Shown: positions 1 to 11,666 of the stretch, piece by piece
Numbering within the stretch: the stretch's first letter is position 1
Layout: every line of letters begins with the position of its first letter
Assembly (NCBI GenBank): GCA_963843795.1
Contig: CAWJLW010000006.1
Coordinates: forward strand, 1,488,001 to 1,552,000
Reading direction: 5' to 3'
DNA: 64,000 nt
Source: an uncultured bacterium
GTDB lineage: Bacteria; Armatimonadota; Abditibacteriia; Abditibacteriales; Abditibacteriaceae
Notes under the pieces: model-generated
Told to the model about the DNA's origin: nothing
What the model saw: the letters and a program-made list of their open reading frames with translations, nothing else
Databases searched by the model: none
Made by a program: the position numbers and the translations under genes

Positions 1-353
1 CGATTGGGCTAATTTTGGGCAGTTCGTTTGGTAACGTGGTCAATTCGTTAGTTACTGACTTGATTGTGCCAAGAATCAAGGGTTTAACCTCGGGCGATGT
101 TAATGCGGCATTGGCGCCACTCGATTACGGCGCGGTTTTTGGCAGTTTGCTAAGTTTCGTGATGTTGAGTGCCGTAACATTTGTTGTGGTGAAAATTATC
201 AATAAATTGAAGCGTGGCGAGGAGCCAGCGCCGGTCGAAAAAGAATGTCCGCACTGTTATTTTTCGGTTCCAGTCAAAGCCACGCGCTGCGGCCATTGCA
301 CTTCTATGTTGGGCAACGATTCGATGCCTGAAACTGCAACCGTCACGCTTTGA
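1..353 (+). CDS. mscL: Large-conductance mechanosensitive channel MscL with C-terminal Cys4 zinc-ribbon; 5' end outside window
   Basis: Frame is open from window start: IGLILGSSFGNVVNSLVTDLI matches MscL TM1, DYGAVFGSLLSF..VVKIINKLKR matches TM2; tail ECPHC..RCGHC. Confidence 0.85.
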   Translation, partial: IGLILGSSFGNVVNSLVTDLIVPRIKGLTSGDVNAALAPLDYGAVFGSLLSFVMLSAVTFVVVKIINKLKRGEEPAPVEKECPHCYFSVPVKATRCGHCTSMLGNDSMPETATVTL

Positions 354-438
354 ATGCGCTGCAAGTACTTGCACTGCAGAAATGCAGCGCGGAACACGCC
401 TGTAAAGCTGCTGGTCACAGTTAAAGGAGGTTGCGATA

Positions 439-726
439 ATGAACACTTTCATTCCGCTCGAAGATGTGCGCGTGGCAACACCGTGCCGCGCTGACTGGAA
501 CAAAATGGAGGGCGACGGCAACGCGCGTTTTTGCGGCTCGTGCGCCAAAAATGTTTACAACCTGTCCGAGATGACGCGCGCCGATGCCGAACACTTGATT
601 CTGGAGCACGAAGGCCATTTATGTGTGCGCTATTATCAGCGCGCCGATGGCACCGTGCTCACCAAAGATTGTCCGGTTGGTATCACCGAACGTCGCCGTC
701 CGTTCCGCGATCACCAACAATGTTAG
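439..726 (+). CDS. Small Cys-rich hypothetical protein (PCxxxWxxM..RFCxSCxKxVYNLS..LCVR..DCPVG domain)
   Basis: AAGGAGG RBS at about 424-430; conserved-looking Cys pattern usually found N-terminal in longer proteins. Confidence 0.7.
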   Translation: MNTFIPLEDVRVATPCRADWNKMEGDGNARFCGSCAKNVYNLSEMTRADAEHLILEHEGHLCVRYYQRADGTVLTKDCPVGITERRRPFRDHQQC

Positions 727-756
727 GACAAATTGAAGCACCAAAGGAAAACCACG

Positions 757-1896
757 ATGAACAGCCCCGCAAGTACTTGCAGCCCCAATGAAACTCAAAA
801 CATAGATGACATCGCGTCCAAAGTTTGGAATGGCGAACGTTTATCTTATGAAGATGGCGTGCGTTTGATGCATCATCCAAATTTGAACGAACTGGCGATT
901 TTGGCCGATCACGTTCGCCAGCGCGTCAATCCGGGCCGCGTCGTGACGTATATCGCGGGGCGCAATATCAATTATTCCAACGTGTGCTGGGTGCAATGTA
1001 AGTTCTGCGCATTTTACGATTTGCCGTCCTCGCAAAAAGGCTACACGCTTTCGCACGATCAGATTTTTGGCAAAATCCAAGAAATGGTCGATTTGGGCGG
1101 TATCGAAATTCTGCTGCAAGGCGGCCTCAATCCGCGCTTGAAAATCGACTATTACGAAGATTTATTCAGCGCCATCAAAGCCAAATTCCCGCAAGTGTGG
1201 ATTCACGGACTCAGCGTCGCCGAAATTCTCTACATCGCCAAAATCTCACGCTTGAGTTTGGAAGACACCCTGAAACGTTTGCGCGCTGCCGGTTTGGGCA
1301 CGATTCCTGGCGCGGGTGCAGAAATGCTGGTCGATCGCGTGCGCAAAGTCATCGCGCCCTACAAAGATACGACTGCTGAATGGCTCGACACGATGAGTTT
1401 GTGGCACCGTTTGGGTGGCCATTCCAGCGTGACGATGATGTATGGAACGGTCGATACGCCCGAAGATCGAGTCGAGCACATGATTCGCACGCGCGATGTG
1501 CAAGATAAATCGCTGGCCGAAACCATGGGCAGTTTCACCGCGTTTATCGCGTGGAATTTTCAGCCTGATGGCACGCCATTAGGCAATCAATTGAAAAGTG
1601 AAACTCTCGATTGGCGCAAAGCCAGTGGCTTCGCTTATCTGCGCACCGTCGCCGTCGGACGTTTGCTGCTCGATAATATTCCACACCATCAAGCGAGTTG
1701 GGTCACGCAAGGCCCTAAAATCGCGCAAATCGCGCTAGATTATGGCTTAGACGATTTTGGCTCGACGATGATGGAAGAAAACGTGGTTTCCGCAGCCGGC
1801 ACCGATTTCGTGATGCCCATCAGCGAAATTGAACGCTTAATCAGCGAAGCGGGCTACGAACCCAAACGCCGCACTACACTTTACGAAGTGTTGTGA
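757..1896 (+). CDS. mqnC: Cyclic dehypoxanthine futalosine synthase (radical SAM, futalosine menaquinone pathway)
   Basis: RNINYSNVCWVQCKFCAF CxxxCxxC motif; LLQGG, PGAGAE, DFGSTMMEENVVSAAG. Confidence 0.85.
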   Translation: MNSPASTCSPNETQNIDDIASKVWNGERLSYEDGVRLMHHPNLNELAILADHVRQRVNPGRVVTYIAGRNINYSNVCWVQCKFCAFYDLPSSQKGYTLSHDQIFGKIQEMVDLGGIEILLQGGLNPRLKIDYYEDLFSAIKAKFPQVWIHGLSVAEILYIAKISRLSLEDTLKRLRAAGLGTIPGAGAEMLVDRVRKVIAPYKDTTAEWLDTMSLWHRLGGHSSVTMMYGTVDTPEDRVEHMIRTRDVQDKSLAETMGSFTAFIAWNFQPDGTPLGNQLKSETLDWRKASGFAYLRTVAVGRLLLDNIPHHQASWVTQGPKIAQIALDYGLDDFGSTMMEENVVSAAGTDFVMPISEIERLISEAGYEPKRRTTLYEVL

Positions 1897-1908
1897 ACTT
1901 GAAATTCA

Positions 1909-1942
1909 AAACGCGCCCTGCAAGTATTTGCAGGGCGCGTTT
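1909..1942. terminator. Hairpin downstream of mqnC centred on variant core GCAAGTATTTGC
   Basis: aaacgcgccctgcaagt|atttgcagggcgcgttt followed by a T-rich tail. Confidence 0.7.
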
Positions 1943-2134
1943 GTCGTTGTTTGAACTTGAAAATCAGTTCTATTAAACACTGCCTTTTGTTTGTTATGGG
2001 TTGAAATGAAACTAAAGCGGCTTCAAGCTGAGAGCATTGTGCAAATTTTTACTTTTGAATTGAAAGTCCGTTTCCTATTCTAAGTCACACAAAACAAAAA
2101 ATTTCTGTATAACGATGCCGTGCCTATAAATGCG

Positions 2135-2177
2135 AAACTCGTCGCGCATTGCAGATACTGCAATGCGCGACGAGTTT
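2135..2177. terminator. Hairpin terminator downstream of mreB
   Basis: 20-bp arms aaactcgtcgcgcattgcag / ctgcaatgcgcgacgagttt with a 3-nt loop. Confidence 0.7.
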
Positions 2178-2200
2178 TCGATCGAGTTCTGCCGAGCTAA

Positions 2201-3229
2201 TTAGCGTTGGGCAACGCCCGCGTAGGCGAAGTGAGTTTCGGACAGAAGTTCGATTTGGTCGAGTGCCATGCCCGCGCCCATAGCGACGCAGCACAGCGGG
2301 TCTTCGGCGATGTATGTTGGAATGCCGGTTTGGTGATGTAAAAGTTGGTCTAAACCGCGCAACAGCGCGCCGCCGCCGGTGAGATAGATACCGCGTTGGA
2401 CGATATCGGCGCTGAGTTCGGGTGGCGTTTGCTCCAAGACCGAGCGCGTGCGCGCCACGATTTGATTAACGACTTCGCTGATGGCATCACGAATTTCGCC
2501 GGAAGTGATAATCTGACTTTTGGGCAGTCCATCGACCATGTCGCGACCGGAAATTTCCAGCGTCAGTTCTTCTTTGAGCGGATAAGCCGACCCAATTTCC
2601 AATTTAATTTCTTCGGCTGTGCGTTCGCCGATAATCAGGTTATATTCGCGCTTAATATAGCGATGAATCGCTTCGTCCAACTTGTTACCGCCGATACGCA
2701 CCGATTCCGAGCGTACAATGCCACCTAGGGAAATCACCGCGACATCGCTCGTGCCTCCGCCAATGTCGACCACCATCGAACCGGCGGCTTCGGTAATTGG
2801 CAAACCGGCACCAATGGCTGCTGCCATCGGTTCTTCGATTGGATAGGCTTCACGAGCACCAGCAGCGCGCGCAGCGTCCAGAACTGCGCGGCGCTCAACG
2901 CTGGTAACGCCCGAAGGCACACAAATAATGACGCGCGGTTTGAACAGTGAGCGCTTGCCGACGACTTTGCCGATAAACTCGCGCAGCATTTGTTCTGTCA
3001 CGGTGTAATCGGCGATCACTCCGTCGCGAATCGGTTGTAAGGCGATGATGGAACCCGGCGTGCGGCCCAGCATCTGGCGCGCTTCTTCGCCCGCCGCTTT
3101 TAATTCTTTGGTGTGTTTGTTGATGGCGACGACCGATGGCTCGCGTAGGACGATGCCGCGCCCACGCTCGTAAATCAAAACGTTGGCAGTTCCCAAATCA
3201 ATGCCGATATCGCGGCTCATTCCGAACAT
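2201..3229 (-). CDS. mreB: Rod shape-determining protein MreB
   Basis: DIGIDLGTAN, EEPMAAAIGAGL, VDIGGGTS, LEQTPPELSADI, LTGGGALL. Confidence 0.97.
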   Translation of the reverse strand: MFGMSRDIGIDLGTANVLIYERGRGIVLREPSVVAINKHTKELKAAGEEARQMLGRTPGSIIALQPIRDGVIADYTVTEQMLREFIGKVVGKRSLFKPRVIICVPSGVTSVERRAVLDAARAAGAREAYPIEEPMAAAIGAGLPITEAAGSMVVDIGGGTSDVAVISLGGIVRSESVRIGGNKLDEAIHRYIKREYNLIIGERTAEEIKLEIGSAYPLKEELTLEISGRDMVDGLPKSQIITSGEIRDAISEVVNQIVARTRSVLEQTPPELSADIVQRGIYLTGGGALLRGLDQLLHHQTGIPTYIAEDPLCCVAMGAGMALDQIELLSETHFAYAGVAQR

Positions 3230-3370
3230 TTATTCTCCGTTTCCCTGCTGCTTCCAAACCAAATAGCCCGCAAGTACTTGCAAGTACTTGCGGGCTATTA
3301 TTTTACAACGATAGCAAATTATTGGTTCTGCAAGTACTTGCAGAACCGACATCAAACTGATTTCAAATAT

Positions 3371-4768
3371 TTAACCTGTGCGCGCCACCAGTTCAGGTTC
3401 ATCGAACGAAGTGTCTTCGACTGGAATCGCGAACGTTTGTCGTGCGATTTGTGCGCCGATAGCGTGAAATTTTTCTACGATACCGACGTAGCCGCGATCA
3501 ATATATTCGACCTTCGCCACTTCGGTGCGCCCTTCCGCTCCCAGACCAGCCAGCACCAAAGCTGCGCCCGCGCGCAGATCAGAAGCTTCGACAATCGCGC
3601 CCGAAAGTTTCTCGACGCCAGTCGCGATGGCAACGTTTTCTTTGCGCGTGATGTCGGCGCCCATACGCACCAATTCAGAAACGAAATTGAAACGTCCGTC
3701 GTAGAGATTTTCTTCGATCACCGAGCGGCCTTGAGCGCGGCACATCATCGCCAGAAAGAACGGTTGTAAATCGGTCGCAAAGCCCGGAAACGGTGCGGTG
3801 GTAATATCCACGGCTTGCAGCGCTTGGGTTGCGCGAGCGCGAATCCACTGATTGCCTTCTTCGGCGCTGCTGGTAATTTCCAGACCAGCGCGCTCGAGCT
3901 TTTCCAGATAAACCGGTAAATGCGAGGGCTTCAAGCCGCGCACGGTGATGTCGCCGCCAGTCAAACCGGCAGCCGACAAGTAAGTTCCCGCTTCAATGCG
4001 ATCGTTGAAAATACTAATTTCCGCGCCGTGCAAAGCCTCGACGCCATCGATCACGATGGTCGAAGTGCCCGCGCCGGCAACGCGCCCGCCCATTTTGCAC
4101 AGAAAATCGGCCAAGTTCACGACTTCGGGTTCGCGTGCCGCGTTTTCAATCGTCGTCTGGCCTTTGGCCAAACACGCTGCCATCATGATGTTGACTGTCG
4201 CGCCGACCGAAGTGTTTTTCGGTTCAAGATATATTTCGGCACCGTGCCAATTGGGCGCGGTCGCATTCATCGCGCCATGTTCAACGGTGATTTCCGCGCC
4301 CATTTTGCGAAACGCGTCGATGTGATAATTGACTGGACGGTCGCCCAGAACGCAACCGCCGGGCAGAGGCACTTCGGCTTGATGTAAACGCGCGAGCAGA
4401 GGAGCGGCCACATAAAAACTGGCGCGCATTTTTCGCACTAAATGATCGGGCGCGCTGTGCGAGGACAGCGTTCCCGCATTGATAATAACGGTTGTTCCTT
4501 CGCGTTTCACCTGCGCGCCCAGCGAACTGAGCATGGCGCACATGGTTTCCACGTCGGAGATGCGCGGCACATTGTGCAAAACGCACTCGCCAGACGAGGC
4601 CAAAAGCGAGGCGGCGAGAATGGGGAGTGAGGAATTTTTGGAGCCAGAGATCGGCACTTCACCACACAGCGGAGCACCGCCCATGATAACAATGCGTTCT
4701 TCGGAGATTGAGGTAGAAGGGGAGATTGGAAAGTTTTTGGGGGACATAACGGAAATGTGCTGGGTCAT
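3371..4768 (-). CDS. murA: UDP-N-acetylglucosamine 1-carboxyvinyltransferase
   Basis: SGSKN, RKMRAS, LPGGC..GDRP, NAAREPE, DRIEAGT, PGFATD, DLRAGA; AGGAGG RBS before ATG 4768. Confidence 0.96.
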   Translation of the reverse strand: MTQHISVMSPKNFPISPSTSISEERIVIMGGAPLCGEVPISGSKNSSLPILAASLLASSGECVLHNVPRISDVETMCAMLSSLGAQVKREGTTVIINAGTLSSHSAPDHLVRKMRASFYVAAPLLARLHQAEVPLPGGCVLGDRPVNYHIDAFRKMGAEITVEHGAMNATAPNWHGAEIYLEPKNTSVGATVNIMMAACLAKGQTTIENAAREPEVVNLADFLCKMGGRVAGAGTSTIVIDGVEALHGAEISIFNDRIEAGTYLSAAGLTGGDITVRGLKPSHLPVYLEKLERAGLEITSSAEEGNQWIRARATQALQAVDITTAPFPGFATDLQPFFLAMMCRAQGRSVIEENLYDGRFNFVSELVRMGADITRKENVAIATGVEKLSGAIVEASDLRAGAALVLAGLGAEGRTEVAKVEYIDRGYVGIVEKFHAIGAQIARQTFAIPVEDTSFDEPELVARTG

Positions 4769-5023
4769 TGTCAGCTGCCTCCTATGGAATGATGTTGCTG
4801 TAAAGAAAAGTGCGATTATGGTGCGATTTGAGGCGACTTTTGGTCGGTCAAGTTGTCTGCAAGTACTTGCACCCGTATTTGCAGGGAATGTTAGTGCGAG
4901 GGTCGGGGCACAGTGTAGTGAGCGCTGAGAAAAATTGCGACCCCGAATGCGCAATTTCAGTAAAAAATCTCAAAACTGCAGTAGCTCGCTGTTCATTGTT
5001 CCACAAAACACGTATATCACACA

Positions 5024-5061
5024 AAAAAGCAGTCGGACAATTAATTGTCCGGCTGCTTTTT
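5024..5061 (-). terminator. Terminator of atp operon (loopless palindrome centred on ggacaattaattgtcc)
   Basis: aaaaagcagtcggacaatt|aattgtccggctgcttttt just after atpC stop. Confidence 0.75.
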
Positions 5062-5068
5062 ATAGGGG

Positions 5069-5491
5069 CTATTTCGCTCGATCACCAGCAACGCGCATTC
5101 GCGCGCGAGCGCGTTTGAGCGCTGTTTCGGCACGTTCGCGTTCCATTACCTGTTCCGGTTCCAACTGACCCGCCAGACGTGACTTCGCGCGTTCTTCAGC
5201 TTCGCGTGCCCGTGCCACGTCGATATTTTCAACGCTCTCAGCAGAATCGGCCAAGACAATCGCTTGATTGTCCATCATCTGAAAAAAGCCGCCGCCGATA
5301 TACAAATTCATCTCGCCATTTTCGGCATCGCGAATATCCAATGCGCCCGGCTCCAGAGCCGCTACGATCGGTGCGTGGTTGCGCATCACTCCGAAAGAAC
5401 CCGCTAAGCCGGGCAGCGAAACTTGCTGCACCGCAGCATTGAGAATTTCGCGTTCTGGTGTCACGATTTGAAGGTTAAATGTTACAGCCAT
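5069..5491 (-). CDS. atpC: ATP synthase F1 epsilon subunit
   Basis: LQIVTPER, GSFGVMRNHAP, GGFFQM, ALKRARARM; operon position. Confidence 0.95.
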   Translation of the reverse strand: MAVTFNLQIVTPEREILNAAVQQVSLPGLAGSFGVMRNHAPIVAALEPGALDIRDAENGEMNLYIGGGFFQMMDNQAIVLADSAESVENIDVARAREAEERAKSRLAGQLEPEQVMERERAETALKRARARMRVAGDRAK

Positions 5492-5618
5492 AGTGAAAGA
5501 GGGAGGAAGAGAACAATGAGAGGGCGAAGACAAAAGTGTGGCGCACGTACTTGCTCTGCGGCAATTGAACGCTATATAAACCGTCTTGTCTTTACCCGCT
5601 CACTTCTCTCTTTTCAAT

Positions 5619-7178
<1,560 letters not shown>

Positions 7179-7258
7179 TTATCACGCCTCACTATTCAGT
7201 TATTCTTTGTTGGGACCCTGCGAACCCAGAGCTAAGCTACAAGTACTTGCTGCTCATT

Positions 7259-8149
7259 TTAACCATTCAATGCTTCTGCACCGCCGACAATGTCCAGCAG
7301 TTCTTTGGTGATATTCGCCTGTCGCGTGCGGTTGTAAATCAGCGTCAAATTTTCGGCCTGCTCGTCGGCGTTTTTGGTAGCATTCGTCATCGCCGTCATT
7401 TTAGCGCCAAATTCAGATGCCACCGATTCCAGCAACAACTGATAAACGCGCGTTTCGACAAAGCGCGGCAGCAAAGTCGCCAGCAATTGCGGCGCTTCCG
7501 GCTCGAAAATAATGTCTTTAGAGCTACCACCCACGGCGCTTTGCTCGTCGCTGTCGCCAGTCGGTGGTTCGATGGGCAGGAATTTTACTGTTTGCGGTTT
7601 CTGGCTAATCACTGAACGAAATTCTGTGTAAGCAACATGAACTTCGTCGACTTGACCGGTGAGAAACATTCCTGTCACCGCATTGGAAATTGCGCGCACT
7701 TCATCATAGGCTGCCTTGTCACCAATTGAAGCGAAACGTTGTGTAACATTATATTCGCGGCGTGTAAAATAATCGCCCGCTTTGCGGCCGACGGCGATAA
7801 TGCGCACATTGTCGGCACCAAGTTGCGCGATCTGTCGGTCGATGAAATTGTGTGCCACGCGCAGGATATTGGTATTGTAGGAACCGCACAGGCCTTTGTC
7901 GGCAGCGATGACAACGACGCCGATGGAATGCACTTCGCGCGAGTCGAGCAGTGGATGCGCAAAGTCGCGCACGTTAGGCGCCAGCATTCCGACCAGTTGC
8001 GTCATGGTCTGAGAATACGGTTTGCCACGTTCGACGCGCTCTTGCACGCGGCGCAGTTTGGCGGCCGCCACCATTTTCATCGCCTGAGTAATTTTGCTCA
8101 GGTTGGTGACGACGCGGATTTTTTGCTTGATGTCGCGTAATGATGCCAT
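7259..8149 (-). CDS. atpG: ATP synthase F1 gamma subunit
   Basis: KITQAMKMVAAAKL, DKGLCG, YNRTRQANITKEL. Confidence 0.97.
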   Translation of the reverse strand: MASLRDIKQKIRVVTNLSKITQAMKMVAAAKLRRVQERVERGKPYSQTMTQLVGMLAPNVRDFAHPLLDSREVHSIGVVVIAADKGLCGSYNTNILRVAHNFIDRQIAQLGADNVRIIAVGRKAGDYFTRREYNVTQRFASIGDKAAYDEVRAISNAVTGMFLTGQVDEVHVAYTEFRSVISQKPQTVKFLPIEPPTGDSDEQSAVGGSSKDIIFEPEAPQLLATLLPRFVETRVYQLLLESVASEFGAKMTAMTNATKNADEQAENLTLIYNRTRQANITKELLDIVGGAEALNG

Positions 8150-8253
8150 GATTGTATGTGAAATTACGCTGCAAGTACTTGCAGTGTATAAGCGTTGATT
8201 AGTGAATTCGTAGAGACCAGCATTGTCTCATCCCTACAAATGTTGGTGGAAAA

Positions 8254-9810
8254 TTACGCGCCTGGAACTAATCCGCTATCTTCGCTTTGGTTGAATTGAC
8301 CATTGAATTCTTCCAATGCGCCTTTCAATCGCTCTTCGATTTCCGGCTTAATCTGCTTGTCGTTTTCAATTGCTGCAATCACATCTGGGTAGCGCTCGCG
8401 CATATAAGGCATCACTTCGCGTTCATAACGCAAAACATCAGCGACCGGAATCGGATCAAGATAACCGTTGGTGCCCGCGTAAATGATGACCACTTCTTCG
8501 ACCAGATCGAGTGGTTTGTAGTTGACCTGTTTTAATAATTCGGTCAAGCGTTGGCCGCGGTTCAATTGCGCCTGCGTTGCCTTGTCCAAGTCAGATGCGA
8601 ATTGTGCGAAAGCCGCCAGGTCACGATAGCGCGCCAAATCTAATTTCAAACGACCGGCGACCTGTTTCATCGCTTTGGTTTGTGCCGCACTTCCCACGCG
8701 CGAAACGCTCAAACCGGCGTTAATGGCGGGGCGAACACCGGCGTTGAACAAGTCTGGCTCCAAGAAGATTTGACCATCAGTGATTGAAATCACGTTGGTC
8801 GGAATATAGGCCGAAATGTCGTTCAATTGAGTTTCGATAATCGGCAGCGCTGTCAAAGAGCCTCCGCCCAAATCGCGGTGCATTTTCGCGGCGCGTTCCA
8901 ACAAACGCGAGTGCAAGTTGAACACGTCGCCCGGATAAGCTTCGCGGCCCGGCGGACGGCGCAACAACAACGACATAGAACGGTATGCGACAGCATGTTT
9001 GCTCAAATCGTCATAAACGATGAGCGCGTGTTCGCCCAAATCGCGGAAATATTCGCCCATTGCGCAACCGGCATACGGCGAAATATATTGCAACGGCGCC
9101 GAATCATTCGCTGTAGCAGCGACGACAATGGTGTATTCCATCGCGCCGGCTTTTTCCAATTGATCGACCAAAGCGGCGACCGTGCCTTGTTTCTGACCGA
9201 TGGCGACGTAAATGCAGTAAACGCCCAGACCTTTCTGGTTGATAATGGCGTCGATAGCGACTGAAGTTTTTCCGGTTTGGCGGTCGCCGATAATCAGTTC
9301 ACGCTGGCCGCGCCCGATGGGAATAATCGCGTCCACAGCTTTGATGCCAGTTTGCAGCGGTTCTTTGACGCCTTCGCGTTCCATCACGCCGGGCGCTTTC
9401 ACTTCGATCAAACGGCGCTCGTCGGTAACAATTGGGCCTTTGCCGTCAATCGGCTCGCCCAAGGCGTTCACCACGCGACCAATGAGTGCGCGGCCCACCG
9501 GCACGTCGGCGATGCGACCGGTGGTTTTTACCGTATCGCCCTCAGCGATGTGGGTATAAGCTCCGGCGATCACAGCACCAACGTTGTCTTCTTCGAGGTT
9601 GAGCGCGATGCCCATGGTGGGCAAGTTGGTGTTGGGATCGACAGGAAATTCCAGCAACTCGCCGGATTTGGCGCCCTGCAAGCCGTAAACGCGCGCGATG
9701 CCGTCGCCAATTTCCAACACTTCACCCACGTCCACCATCTTCAATTCCTGCTCGAACCCTTCGAGTTCGCGCTGAATCACACTGGTAATTTCTTCCGGTC
9801 GTAACGCCAT
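8254..9810 (-). CDS. atpA: ATP synthase F1 alpha subunit
   Basis: [32 protein letters not shown]. Confidence 0.98.
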   Translation of the reverse strand: MALRPEEITSVIQRELEGFEQELKMVDVGEVLEIGDGIARVYGLQGAKSGELLEFPVDPNTNLPTMGIALNLEEDNVGAVIAGAYTHIAEGDTVKTTGRIADVPVGRALIGRVVNALGEPIDGKGPIVTDERRLIEVKAPGVMEREGVKEPLQTGIKAVDAIIPIGRGQRELIIGDRQTGKTSVAIDAIINQKGLGVYCIYVAIGQKQGTVAALVDQLEKAGAMEYTIVVAATANDSAPLQYISPYAGCAMGEYFRDLGEHALIVYDDLSKHAVAYRSMSLLLRRPPGREAYPGDVFNLHSRLLERAAKMHRDLGGGSLTALPIIETQLNDISAYIPTNVISITDGQIFLEPDLFNAGVRPAINAGLSVSRVGSAAQTKAMKQVAGRLKLDLARYRDLAAFAQFASDLDKATQAQLNRGQRLTELLKQVNYKPLDLVEEVVIIYAGTNGYLDPIPVADVLRYEREVMPYMRERYPDVIAAIENDKQIKPEIEERLKGALEEFNGQFNQSEDSGLVPGA

Positions 9811-9924
9811 AGTTGTTTGATTTCCTTCACACCAGGCGCACTGCAATTCCTTGCGCCGTTCGTGTCGTGTTTATTTGATTATTTTAATTCGGTCTTCACC
9901 CTGCGATTATTCTCAGGACACTTT

Positions 9925-10518
9925 TTATTCAACCGGCACTTCAACGTTTGCCGCTGTCGCTTGGTCGCCGCCGATGCGAACACGCTTCAATTGTTCGCGC
10001 AGCATTTGCAGTTGTGTGGTAATGCTCCCATCAATCAAATGATCGCCCACGCGAACCGTCATTCCACCCAAGATGCTGGGATCTACATGAGTCAATAAGC
10101 GAATTTTCTTGTAACCGGTTGTCGCTTCCAATCTCTTCACCAAAGCGTCTTTTTGCGTTTCAGACAGTTCGACCGCCGTGGTCGCCTCGGCGTCGGCTTC
10201 GCCTTTCCATTCATCGACCAATTTCTCGAAATGCACGCCAATCGCGGGTAATAATCCCACGCGATCGCGCGTAATCAGCAAGCGCAAAAAGGCCTGTAGG
10301 GTGGGGCGCAAATCGCCAAAAATCTGGCCGGTCAATTCGTTTTTGCGCTTTTCTGTAATGCGTGGATGAGTCAGCACTTGCATTAATTGCGGCTCGTTGC
10401 GCGCTGTGGCTAGTACTTGCGACAAGTCTTGTGATACGGCATCGACATCGCTTTTGCGTGCCATTCCGAAAAGAGCCGAAGCGTAGCGGCGCGCGGCACG
10501 GGTATCGCCTGCTGCCAT
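9925..10518 (-). CDS. atpH: ATP synthase F1 delta subunit
   Basis: AARRYASALF, VDPSILGG..RVGDHLIDGS. Confidence 0.95.
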   Translation of the reverse strand: MAAGDTRAARRYASALFGMARKSDVDAVSQDLSQVLATARNEPQLMQVLTHPRITEKRKNELTGQIFGDLRPTLQAFLRLLITRDRVGLLPAIGVHFEKLVDEWKGEADAEATTAVELSETQKDALVKRLEATTGYKKIRLLTHVDPSILGGMTVRVGDHLIDGSITTQLQMLREQLKRVRIGGDQATAANVEVPVE

Positions 10519-11062
10519 TAAAGCACGCTCCCATTGTTGGGCGCGCCCTTGCTGTGACCATTGCTGCCACCGATATCGGCGATTACGTCGTCGATCAAAC
10601 CGCTGTGGCTATTGGCGTCGAGGTTTTTCTGCAAGATGCGCGAAGCACCGGTGACGGCCATGTTGGCGATCTGGTCGCGGAGCTGTGACAGCGTTTTGTC
10701 GCGTTCGCGGGCGATATCTTCTTCGGTGCGCTTGAGTAAAGCATCGCGGTCGGCTTGAGCACGAGTAATAATGTCGTCACGCGCGGCCTGTGCTTCTTTA
10801 CGGCGGCCTGAATTTTGTCGCGCGCTTCGTCTTCGATTTGTGCTAAACGCGTTTCGTATTCGTTTTGCAAACGCACCATTTCGGCGCGACGCGCCTCGGC
10901 CTCATCCAGATTATTTTTAATGTTGTCCTGGCGCGCCTGCAACATATTGAAAATCGGGCCGAAAGTAAACTTTTTCAACAACAAAAATAACAGAACAAAG
11001 CCCACTGTCGCTACCAGAAGGAAGCGCAGGTCGATGCCCAGTGTCGCAAGAATATCACTCAT
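10518..11062 (-). CDS. atpF: ATP synthase F0 subunit b, with apparent 1-nt frameshift near 10797-10799
   Basis: TM helix then LKKFTFGPI..RQDNIKNNLDEAE; adding one A (GTA AAA GAA GCA) continues EAQAARDDIITRAQADRDALL..LIDDVI to a TAA that overlaps the atpH ATG. Confidence 0.9.
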
Positions 11063-11239
11063 AGGAAAACGCCAGAAGAAATTTAAACAATGGTTACAAC
11101 ATTTACTGAACAATAGTTACTAACAACAATGACTGAATGTGGCGAGTCAATCGGCGCTGCAAGTACTTGCAGCGCCGGTGTCGGGCACTGCAAGTACTTG
11201 CAGATGAAAATTAACCGATTTAAAGGCTAAAATTAAAAT

Positions 11240-11524
11240 TTAGCGAGCGACCGAAGCGTTCACAGCGGCGGTGACCTGTTCGGGTGTCAGAGTCGGCAGT
11301 TTGCCCTGCAAAATGAAGAACATCAACAGCGCATAGATAACCAGCGATTCGATCAAAGCCAGACCAATAATCATCGCGGTCTGAATCGTGCCCGAAGCTT
11401 CGGGCTGACGCGCCATACCCTGCAATGCGCCATTAACCGCGATACCCTGACCGATGCCGGCACCAATGACCGCAATCGGCAAACCCAAACCTGTGGCTAA
11501 AGCCAAAGAACCCAAATATTCCAT
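11240..11524 (-). CDS. atpE: ATP synthase F0 subunit c
   Basis: GAGIGQG, ARQPEA, GLALIESLVIYAL; GGAG RBS. Confidence 0.97.
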   Translation of the reverse strand: MEYLGSLALATGLGLPIAVIGAGIGQGIAVNGALQGMARQPEASGTIQTAMIIGLALIESLVIYALLMFFILQGKLPTLTPEQVTAAVNASVAR

Positions 11525-11666
11525 CTTAACTAACTCCCTTTCCGGCCAAGAAAATTTAAAGTGTGTGCCGGATGCGACAAATGAACAGCTATTGAAAACT
11601 AAAGGCGCGCACCAGTATAAACCAATTCTTTCGGGCCTATAACCTATGCGTGCTGCGAAACAGTAA

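Noticed and set aside
4895..4960. TPP riboswitch-like GCTGAGA...ACCC
   Set aside because: Lacks the downstream ACCTGA/GCGTAGG elements and is antisense to murA; I also saw no TPP riboswitch before thiO
11240..11524. Na+-coupled c-ring suggested by GQG and ES..Y
   Set aside because: The motif is ESLVIY without the Thr of the Na+ signature; similar motifs occur in H+-coupled enzymes
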